NCBI RefSeq assembly: GCF_006345805.1
Contig: NC_042999.1
Location: forward strand, 74,214,001-74,278,000
Length of the DNA: 64,000 nucleotides
Direction: 5' to 3'
Source: Octopus sinensis
Lineage: Eukaryota
The position numbers were made by a program, and so were the translations under genes. Below the pieces are notes generated by a model, which saw nothing but the letters and a program-made list of their open reading frames with translations, was not told the DNA's origin and searched no databases. Below are positions 53,310 through 64,000 of the stretch, piece by piece; position 1 is the stretch's first letter; each line of letters starts with the position of its first letter.

Positions 53310-54181
53310 GTGTGCAAGAGAAGGCGCATGACTCAGTGGTTAGATCGTCAGGCTGGCAATTATGAACTAATGGGTTCGATTTCCGGACACTTTATTCACG
53401 TTGTTCCCAGTCACTTAGCTGTAGAAATGAGTTGTGACCTCACTAGCCAAGCTGTATCGGCCTTTGCCTTTCCCTTATGTAATAAGGTTGAATCATAGTG
53501 TTACACTGAGATCATGCAAGAATTTTCGGTAATGTGTGTGAGAGAGAGAAGGGGGAGAGATAGAGAGGGCATATGCATCTTTGTTTTTGTCTTTCATCAT
53601 TTGGCGTGGAGCGGGGAGGCTGGTATGCATGGGTATTTGCAGGTCTTCCATGAACACCCTTGCCCGGACTTGTGCATAGGAAGGAAACTTTCTAGGTGCC
53701 ATCTCATGGTCATTCATATATATTACTTCGGCACTCCGCCGGTTACAACGATGAAGGTTCCAGTTGATCTAATCAACGGAACAGCCTCCTCGTGAAATTA
53801 GCGTGCAAGTGGCTAAGCATTCTACAGACACGTGTGCCCTTAATGTAGTTCACGGGAAGATTCAGCGTGTGACAAGCCTGGCCCTTTGAAATACAGGTAC
53901 AACAGAAACAGGAAGAAAGAGTGAGCAAAAGCTGTGGTGAAAGAATACAACAGAGTTCACCACCTCCCCCTGCCGGAGCCTCGTGAAGCTTTAAATGATT
54001 TCGCTCAATAAACAATCACAATGCCCGGTCTGGGAATCGAAACCGTGATCCTACGAATAAATGCCAAGCCAAGAGAAATAAGTAGTGGGGTCGATTCGTT
54101 CGGCTAAAACCTCCCAAGGTGGTGCCCCAGCATAGCTGGAACATGTAAGCGATAGATATGTGTGTGTGCGCGCGAGCGTGC

Positions 54182-54257
<76 letters not shown>

Positions 54258-55581
54258 AATTATTGTATACAGTGCACAGATGCACCACAAGAACATGTAT
54301 ACTCACACAGCACAAACACATATATATTTGTATATATGTAGGATCTTTTCACTTTGACCGGCAGATTTAAAAAGTAATTTTTTGTAACTAAACAATTTTA
54401 AACTTCGTATACTGGTGGAATGTGTCATATAAAACATCTTTTTCTCTTGGCGTTCTTGAGAAAATTCTGTAGTTTGTAAGCTATTTGTTGTTGAATTTCT
54501 CGTATTTCGGCAATTTCAACCAATCAATGACGTCTGTTGAGGTGAATGCAATTACTGCTGTTGTTTGTCAACAAGAAGTTCCGGCGGTGCATATTATCTA
54601 TGTTCTTTATATATTAAATATGTAGTTAATTCATTTTATAACAGCAACAAGAAAAAAGTATTAGAGAAAAATTGAAAGAAAAACGCACACAAAACTAGAT
54701 TATCATTTTTTTGTACCCCTCCATCACTGTAGGGACCTAATTATAGTGGACACTAAATGAGGGAACGGTTTTGTTATCCCGCTCTGTTTACGAGTGACCC
54801 TTCAGTTTATGGCCTCAAAATGTTTATATTTGCAGCGTCTTTCGCATCATTATATAATATAAATTTATAGATATGTATAATATAAATAATAGATTCGTAT
54901 GTAATACATGTATGTATGTGTATATATATACATAATATCATACAGTGTAGTTATTGTATGTATAGATAAATAATTTTTATGATGTATATAAATTCAATTT
55001 ATATTATGTTGGATGCATGAAATGTTATATGTAATACTGTTTCATTCATTTATTAATTTTCGCTTCTCATCATTAATAGTCTTTATTCATTAAGTTATTC
55101 ATATATTAAAATGTTTATTATTTATACATCACTATACGCATACAAATTTCAACACCCAAACCTTGTCCCCTTTTCCTTGTTTCTTTCTTGTAAACACAAG
55201 ACACCCACCCACCAAAATCTGGGTTACACACTAAGTATATATTTAATTTGGTATATACACCCTTAATGTTAAATATATAATTTACTAATGCCCTCTATAT
55301 CGTAATCGTTTTAATCGGTTTAGCCCTCATAATGTATGTTTAATGTTTCATATAAGTTGTAACATCTCTTCTATGGTTCAATACAAAATCCAGCGAATAA
55401 ATAGAATTCATATATGAAAGAATTATAAGTTAAAACTAAATAAAATCTGTGTAGCAACAACTTTTTACATTTCGCAATTATTAAATCGCAGTGCTTAAAA
55501 CTTGGCGTACAACCTGTCCATATTTAAACTTAGAAAGGAGTGGAGGAAGAAACAAACAAGTAACTGTTTCTCTCCCCTTCT

Positions 55582-55615
<34 letters not shown>

Positions 55616-56579
55616 TCTTCCTATTTGTTTGTTTATTTGTAAGAAAGGAGTGGAGGAAGAAGTAAACAAGTAGGAAGAGTGAGAGAGGAAGGGGAGACAA
55701 AAAGTTAAGTGAAGCAGAAGAAATGTTAGCTTATTTATTATGAAAGGCCAACAAAGCCGACATCTTATACTAAATGTATTCCTTTATCTACATAGGAGTT
55801 TATTGCAAAAATTACATATAATGGACTAAGTAAATTTCATATTACTCATGATATTGTATCATAGTATTTGTCATTCCAAACCACACCTAAGTATAACTAT
55901 TAAACAAGGTATAACTGACTGAATCTCTTTTGACGAATGGGTGTTCGACTTCGACTGTTAGAAAGCATGACACATTCAGAATTATTATTGGCATCCGGGA
56001 GGCGAATTTTATTCATTTATTTATTGTTTTGTTTTGTTTTGCCACGAGAGTTCTGGATTCCAGTAATTAACGCATTTGCATACAACCCAACATAACGTTC
56101 GTGAATGTGTTAAAAACAACCAATCTCTTGGCAAAACACCCTCTACCAAATAAACTCAAGACGAAGAACAGTGTTGTAGATCGCCAAGTTATGCCTGATT
56201 TTAGAAGGAGACAAGTAATTAGATAGATTTGCATCTATCCTTATTATCGGATTTTGTTAGGGCCCCATATAGTAAAGATGTCAATGAGAAAAGGTGGGTA
56301 GAGGGTGAAGTGCTAGCAACCGTCTTCCCTTACTGTTTTACAAAGTAAATAACAACACAGATAACTACGCAGATGCAGCCATGGTTGAAACAACAAGAAC
56401 AAGCATTATTAAAAGAGAAAAGAAGCATGGCCATTCCTTACCCAAGTGACCTTATCTTATTGCCCATCACTTGTTATGCGCTCATAAATTAGTTTGATAG
56501 TTGAACTCTGATTGGCTATATGCAAATGAATTCATAACTGGGGTCCAAAACTCTCGTGGGGAAAAAAGTTCGCATCCGG

Positions 56580-57630
56580 GAAGGCGGCAAGCTGGTAGAA
56601 TAGTTAGCAGGCCGAGCGAAATGCTTAGCGGTATTGCGTCTGCCGTTACGTTCTGAGTTCAAATTCCGTCGAGGTCGACTTTGCCTTTCATCCTTTCGGG
56701 GTCAATAAATTAAGTACCAGTTACGCACTGGGTCGATGCAATCGACTTAATACCTATGTCTGTCCTTGTTTGTTCCCTCTATGTTTAGCCCCTTGTGGGT
56801 AATAATGAAATAGGTATTGCGTTCTGAGTTCAAATTCCGCCAAGGTTGACTTTGCCTTTCATCCTTTCGGGGTCGATTAAATAAGTACAAGTTACGCACT
56901 GGGGTCGATATAATCGACTTAATCCGTTTGTCTGTCTTTGTTTGTCCTCTCTGTGTTTAGCCCCTTGTGGGTAGTAAAGAAATAGGTATTGCGTCTGCCG
57001 TTACGTCTGAGCTCAAATTCCGCCGGGGCCGACTTTGCCTTTCTTCCTTTCGAAGCCAATGAAATGAGTACTAGTTGCGCACTGATGTCGATGTAACCGA
57101 CTGGCTCCCTTCCTCCAGACTTTTCAAGGCTTGTGACTAGAGTAGAAATAATTACTGGTATCAGGAGGCTGGTTTGACTACTTTTCAAGGCGGCAAACTG
57201 ACAAAATCGTTAGCGCGCTGGACGAAATGCTTAGCGGAATTTCGTCTGTTGCTACGTTCTGAGTTCAAATTCTGCCGAGGTCGACTTTATCTTTCATCCT
57301 GTCAGAGTCGATATCATAAGTATCAGTTGAGTTCTGGGGTCGATGCAATTAACAAGTCCCCGCCTCCCACGCAAAAAATTTCAGGCTTGGTACCTTTTGT
57401 AGAAAAGATTGTTATTAAGGCGATGAGTTGGCAGAACACTTAGCACGCCGGGCGAAATGCTTCCCAGTATTTCGTCTGTTTTCACGCTCTGAGTTCAAAT
57501 TACGCCGCGGTTGACTTTGCCTTTAATCTCCTTGGGTTCGACAAATTAAGTACCAGTGAAACACTAGTGTCGATGTAATCGACTAGTCTCCTCCCGCCAA
57601 ATTTCAAGCCATGTTCCTTTAGTAGAAAAC
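56580..57630 (+). mobile_element. Cluster of five tandem tRNA-derived SINE units
   Basis: Trimer at 56580-57150, then single units at ~57186-57410 and ~57416-57630; all carry the GAG(T/C)TCAAATT B box. Confidence 0.85.
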
Positions 57631-57659
57631 ATTATTATTATTATTGTTATTATTATTAT

Positions 57660-57760
57660 TCAGTGGTCTTATTTTTATCAGGTGCTTTCACTGCACTACC
57701 GAGCGCAGTTTTGTGTGCCTTGGGTATGTGCTGTGGTTTGTTGTGGTGCCCTTTATTATC
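57660..57760 (-). mobile_element. Very short R4/Dong 3' UTR copy inside an ATT tract
   Basis: Reverse complement of the 3' UTR at 10096-10190 (CACAGCACATACCCAAGGCACAC..GCGCTCGGTAGTG). Confidence 0.8.
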
Positions 57761-57799
57761 ATCATCATCATCATCATCATTATTATTATTATTTTTTTT

Positions 57800-57856
<57 letters not shown>

Positions 57857-58578
57857 GAATGAGAGAACAGTACATGCCATCAAAGGGACACTGGGGTAAA
57901 ATATTCTCTGTTTATTTTCTCTTATTCCTTTTTGTTGAAGAGCGTGACCGAAACGTAAAAGACTTTCTCACTTTACCGAGCGTCAAATTAATACACCTGC
58001 TTGTTGCTCAAACACCTGTCTTCGTCTTTTGTTTTTGTGTAAATTTCAACTAAAATATATGAAGCCTGGTATACTTATCATGACTACCTGTCTGATAAGG
58101 GTATACCAGGCAAATGCATCACAACCATATGTGTGCAAAATGGTGATCTCATATCATCAAGATTAACAGCGCATGACCTTACAAGTGGGGCCCAGATAGA
58201 ATTCTCTTCAGGTCGAGTAGCCCATCACGCTCAAAGGGTCCCTGAATATGGGTTGTTTAAGGATGTTGAACGAAACACCCATACTTCCAGAGGTGAATTA
58301 TCCAAACCCCAACGAATTCCTCTCAACACATGGCTATGATGCTCCCGACTACTTCTGGTTGCGATCAGAGATGCATATATCGTCAACCAGGAAGGCATAT
58401 GCTCAACTGGTTAAGGTCAAACAACTGACAAGCAACTCTGTGGTATTGAGCAGAATATTTGCCTATCATTTATACCAAGACAAAACAATGTACATGATAA
58501 CGCTTCCAATCAGTTAAGATTAGAAGCCATGAAAGCCACTACCTGGTACTGCTTCAAGGAATTATAATAATAATAATA

Positions 58579-58639
<61 letters not shown>

Positions 58640-58653
58640 TATTATTATTATTA

Positions 58654-58689
<36 letters not shown>

Positions 58690-58693
<4 letters not shown>

Positions 58694-60507
58694 TAGTTTT
58701 ATTTTTATAACGTGCTTTCTCTTCACCACCGAGCGCAACTCTGTGTGCCTTGGGTATGTGCTGTGGTTTGCTGTGATACTCTTATGGTTACTGTATTGAA
58801 AGTGTTTTGCGTAGGATGTGTGCAGTGTGCCCAGTAGGGCAATTTTCGGTATGTTTATATACAGTTGCGGCCAAAATGTTCAGAACGGCATTGTTTTCGT
58901 CAGAAAAGAAAGTATAAGTTTTTATTAAAGTTGTTTTATATTCTATAATTTTCACAGACAATAAATACGATATTAATTGGTATTGTCTGAGATTTTGGTG
59001 TAATTTTAGTGGATAATACAAAAGTTATGGATGATATAGGGATTTACTGCAAAACCCATTGGTGGCCAAAATGATCAGAACGGTTGAAAAAATAACAAAA
59101 TAATCAAAAAGTGACAGAGAATGCTGGAATTATTTCATATTTAGTGTGAAGCCCTAAATTGAATCAAAGTTTGACATTTTTGACTGCATGGGGAAATTAA
59201 ATTTTCAATTTCTTGCTGGGGGATCTTATTCCATTCTTCCTGAAGGGCATTCCATAATTGCTCGGTTGTTTTAGGATTTCTGGCTTTCAAACGTTCTCCT
59301 AGAATATTCAACACATTTTCAATAGGATTGAGGTCTGGGCTTTGAGCAGGCCAATCCATAACAATAACCTTTTCAGCCTTGAGGAAGTTCATGACCACCT
59401 TAGCCTTGTGACATGGGGCATTGTCCTGCATGAATATGGATGGTCGCTTAGTTGAATTTCTCAGCACAGGCAAGACATGATCTTTTACAAGTTGTTTATA
59501 AACTCCTGCATTTAACTTTCCATGTAATCGCAGCAAAGGGCCTACAACATCTCCAGATATCATCCCCCAAACCATGACACTTCCTCCACCGAATTTAATA
59601 CTAGTCTTAAGGCATTTAGGTGACTATTTTTCACCTGCTTTTCGACGAACGTACCTTTTCCCATCTGAGTCAAATAACATAAACTTATATTCATCACTGA
59701 AATGCACTGTTTGCCATTTTTCTTGAGACCACAACACATGATCGGTTGCAAAGGTAAGACGACACTTTTTATTCTTGGAGCTGATCAGTGGCTTCACTGC
59801 AGGTGCTCTTGCTTGAAGGTCATGTTCAACTAAAGGACGAGACACAGTATTTCGAGATAAAGTTTTTTCAGTACAATGCTCATTTCCCGAAAAACAGCAG
59901 CAGCAGTTTTAAATCTGTCCTTTTTAACCAACTTTACCATAGCACGATCTTCTCTCTTGGTCATTGTTCTTGACCTACCTGTAGACTTTCTTGCTTCACA
60001 CGAACCACAATCATCGTAGACCTTAAGAATACCGTGAACAACACTTTTTGACTTGTTAACAATCTTTGCAATAGACCTAATACTTAAATTATCCTTCTTT
60101 CGAAGCTTAATAATCTGCTGATGAATTGGTAACGGAGTAAGTGGCATTATATTAACCAAGTACACTGCAGATATTCTTACTAATGTTTAGTAAACGAACT
60201 GTCACGTAAACAAATTCAAAACATTAGAGTTCGACGGTTAAATATACTAAAACACGGAGTAAAAGCAACCGTTCTGATCATTTTGGCCGCCATGGGTTTT
60301 GCAGTAAATCACTAAATCATCCATAACTTTTGTATTATCCTCTCAAATTACACCAAAATCTCAGACAATAACAAATAATATTGTATTTATTGTCTGTGAA
60401 AATTATAGAATATAAAACAACTTTGATAAAACCTTATACATACTTTTCTGACGAAAACAATGCCGTTCTGAACATTTTGACCGCAACTGTATATATTTGT
60501 AAGTCCT

Positions 60508-60510
<3 letters not shown>
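58690..60510 (-). mobile_element. Short R4/Dong 3' end in (TAA)n, split by a Tc1 insertion
   Basis: 58690-58861 plus 60490-60510 together match the reverse complement of ~10010-10195. Confidence 0.82.
58862..60489 (-). mobile_element. Tc1-family DD34E transposon with ~225-bp IR/DR TIRs and TA TSD; transposase frameshifted
   Basis: TIRs CAGTTGCGG.. at 58862-59086 and 60266-60489; TA at 58860-61 and 60490-91. Transposase fragments 60165-59141 with FSDE, QDNAPCH and SPDLNPIEN (34 residues between D and E). Confidence 0.93.
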
Positions 60511-60565
<55 letters not shown>

Positions 60566-60789
60566 CGCCAGTGCAAGAAGTGTGTTGTTGAAGCGCTGTA
60601 TGTTTATTTTTAATTCACTTGTTTTAAAAGTTTCTGTACTGTATTTTATTGGCTAAATCGTTTTGTAAGTCAGCTGCACTTCTGGTGGTGAGGGATGACG
60701 TTTGTTAACCAAAGCCCCATTTTCTGAGCGTGATACAAAACTTTTTGTTTTTAAATTTCTTCGAAAATTTGCTTTAAAGAATGTAAACA

Positions 60790-63700
60790 TCGAACATAGC
60801 GGCGAAAAGTGGGAGTGAGGAAGGAAGGTAGTACGGCAATTTGCACGAGAACTTCCCCGACCTCCCCACCATGATTGACAGCAGACAGCAGGAAGAAAAG
60901 GAGGAAGGAAAGGAGGGAAGAAGAAGAAGAAGAAGAAGAAGAAGAAGAAGAAGAAGAAGAAGAAGAAGACAAAAGGCAGAAAGAAAGCGAGAGGAAAGAA
61001 GGAGTAAAGTCTTCCTCACTACATGGAAATTTTAGTAGCACGCAAAACAATGTTGAAAGCAACTACGGAGAAGAGTCTAACAAAAATGGAGTGAGCAGTA
61101 AAAAAGAAACCTTTGCAAGTATCACGGGAGCTAAGGAATTGGTTAACATCTCATTGAAGAACAAAATAGAAAAACTAAACAAGGCAGCAAAATATATAAA
61201 AACGAATGGAAGTAGGTCAGAATTGACGCCTCCAAGCGACGTTCATCGAAGCAACAACCAAACGAACAGTTGTCTACATGTGTGTGAACACAAAGACAAG
61301 GAAACTCGAAAATGCTAAACACGACCAGGTAGATAAAGCCTTGAAATACATATTGCAAAATATCTACCACATTGCGAGAGTAAGGTAGTACGGCGGAGTA
61401 GAGGTCCTTTTTAAGACCGAGGAGGAGGTGATATAGAACTCGGTGATCATGCGTCGTCCTCTTCTCAACGTACATGTGAAGAAGAGCGGTACGAATTACG
61501 GTAATTGGAGTACCACCAGGCTTTGATATATGGTGATTCTTGCCTGTATTTGCACGGACGGCGGGCAGAATCTCCTGGATGTTAAAAGATCAAGGAGAGA
61601 AAATTGGTTTGGGACTACTATGGAGGTTCATCTCCACATGAAGCCAGGGCAGTTCGAGAAAGTCCTAGACCTGATTTGCCTCTCGAATGAAGTAGAACTA
61701 AGGGTGAACGTGAAAGGCAGAATGCCAAGGTGAGACGATTGTGGTTCAACGGGTCATTTACGGTTTCATTGCCCACAGAACCAGAACAGAAGGTCAGAAA
61801 GAAATGTCCAAACGAAAACACCACAACCCATGGGTTGACAAAATCAAGGACAAGAACAACCAGAACAACAGAAAGGCAAGGGAAAAAAAAACATAAATTG
61901 AACCCAAGGCAGGTGTTACAGTAAATGTGGCAGTGGAAGTAGCACCAGTAACAGAGGCGGAAGCTACAGTTGCAGGAGCAACAACAACAATAAGAGAACC
62001 AGAACAAACAACACCAGAAGAAAACATACAAGACACGTACTCCTCCACGCATCCAAGCGATGATGAGGGGGTAGCCCAAAAGGTAAAAACAAAATAAGAA
62101 AGAGACACAGAAAAAGGGAGAAATCCAAGAAACGGCAAACACACTGATGACAACACCAAAACTACAAACACCATTACAAACATCTACAGCAGAATCAAAA
62201 ACACAACAAACTTTAAAAAGAAAAATATCACAACAAAACCATCCGCACAGCAGTGGGATTTCCTGCTAGTGAGAAAGGCCAATGAAAAGCTGATGGCTCT
62301 CAGCAGAAAGCGAGAACATTGAAATAGAAGGGATGATCTGCAGCCCCAACACTTTTAGAGTACCGGAGAGCCTAATGATGGTACGAATGACATTAGAGAT
62401 TTATATGAGCATTAAGCGGAGCTTCTGTACATTAGATCTCCCACTGTAACGACCAGCAGATTGCTGTTAAGGAGGTTCCCAGAGGAACCCAACAAAATAG
62501 ACAGATTAGGAGACCACTTGACCACAAACAAACAGCACCAGGATGGTAAGTGACACTCTCGTTTCCCTGTCCTTATTTCCTGGCCAGTATGGAGGTTCTT
62601 AAAGTAGGGTTTATAAATGTACGTGGCCTGGGATCGTCGTGGAAGCAAGGATGCTTGCGCAACGACCTCAGATCGATAAGTTTGGATATAATAGCCGTCA
62701 GTGAGACCAGGATCGCGGACACAGGCCTTGGCTCCCATTTTCGATGACTTTGAGATTTTCGCATCTCTTAGTCGACCGGGAATGGGGGTGGGGTGGAAGT
62801 GTTGTTCTGAAAAGGCCTAAATCTCGAGATACGGTCGATCTTCCTGGGCCTAGAAAATAAGTCAGTGATCCTGGTCGTGGACGATAATGAAGGGAATGCT
62901 TTTAGACTGGTCGCAGTGTACGCACCGACTGGAACGGGGAAGCCAGATTTCTTCAGACGCTGGGAGGCCTTTCTAGGGAGGTCTCGCTCTTTAGTGTTAG
63001 TGAGCGATTGGCGCGCCATTTTGGATGCACTTGTGTATTGGTTGGGGTTAGTGGATAGGAAAGCGGGGCACACAAACCTCGCAACCTGCTCAGTCGTTTC
63101 CAGCTGGCGGAAAGGTTCAGACTGGAATTCCCGAACACTCCAGTGTGGACATGGGCAAACAGTGTCGGGTCATCCAGATCTTATCTAGATGGGATATTTT
63201 GTAGGCTAACAGATAGGAATAGTATGGGGTGTCCACAATTTGAATTCGTCAACTACACTGGCCACAAATTTGTGATCTGTACGGTTGACCTAGATAGGCT
63301 CTATAGGCAGGAACCCAGAAACCGGAAGCTGAACGCATCCTTCCCGGCGCATCAAGCTTTCAGAGACCGGCTTAGAAAGTTAGCCCATCAAAAGTTGACG
63401 GGTGGAGTCATCAACAACCGATGGTGGGAGGGTCCTAAAACGGGCGATTAAAGTAGAAGCTGTAGAATCTAGTTGAGAACTAGTGATAGAGAAGACTAGA
63501 GTAGAGGGATACCTTGATAATAAAATTAGAGGAGGTACTCAGTAGAGACATACTGATTGACGTGCTGGTAGCGAGATTAGTTCTGAACCAACTATTCAAC
63601 ACTAAGCATGAAGGATGCATTGTCGGGGTTAGGGCACATGCTCTGAAGCAGGAGGGAACAAAAGGCATTTGATGGGACCAGGCGCAACGTGGTAATAAAA

Positions 63701-64000
63701 CTGCAATTCGGTCTTTGAGGGGTCGGGACGGGCGCATGCTACATGTCTCGAAGCAGATGTGCGCAGAATTTCAGAGGCATTTTGCTGAACTGTACGAGAT
63801 GCGCTATGGCCCGGAGGTGAAAGTGAAGTTCACTTTCTACCTTGATGGTATGCAGCGACTTTCAGCCAGTGACGTAGATTTCTGCGAAATGCCGATAACA
63901 GCTGAATATATATGTGACACGTCGGAATATATATGTGACGCACTTGGGAGAAGTCTCTGGAATTGGATGGTCTCCCCTTCGAGCTTTATATACATATGCC
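60790..64000 (+). mobile_element. Degraded Tx1/L1-like LINE copy D (ORF1 remnant and ORF2 APE), runs off the window
   Basis: KGRMPR*DDCGSTGHLRFHCP knuckle; ORF2 ATG 62589 MEVLKVGFINVRGLG..IAVSETR, FRLVAVYAP, LVSDWRA, WKLNAS-like motif. Confidence 0.85.

Overview
This is eukaryotic, AT-rich, almost entirely repeat-derived DNA. I found no convincing host-gene exon, rRNA, true tRNA, CRISPR array or prokaryotic operon. The tRNA-derived SINE families and the long (AT)n, (AAT)n and (GATA)n tracts look like a coleoid cephalopod (octopus-like) genome; this is an inference from memory, not a search. Contents: (i) a head-to-tail array of R4/Dong-clade RLE LINEs joined by (TAA)n at 1-10.2 kb, one interrupted by a Chapaev3-type DNA transposon with intact TIRs and TSD; (ii) degraded Gypsy, Penelope, CR1, mariner (with a nested solo LTR), hAT and Tc1 elements; (iii) four long inverted repeats; (iv) four Tx1/L1-like LINE copies. 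The three most interesting observations are a ~470-bp non-coding tandem repeat (33.5-34.7 kb) with a type I hammerhead-ribozyme motif in every unit (retrozyme-like), a conserved 93-aa extra ORF between ORF1 and ORF2 in two diverged Tx1-like copies, and a GT-AG intron-like segment just before the ORF2 ATG in three Tx1-like copies. All calls were made by eye. Boundaries of degraded elements are approximate unless a TSD or TIR is given.
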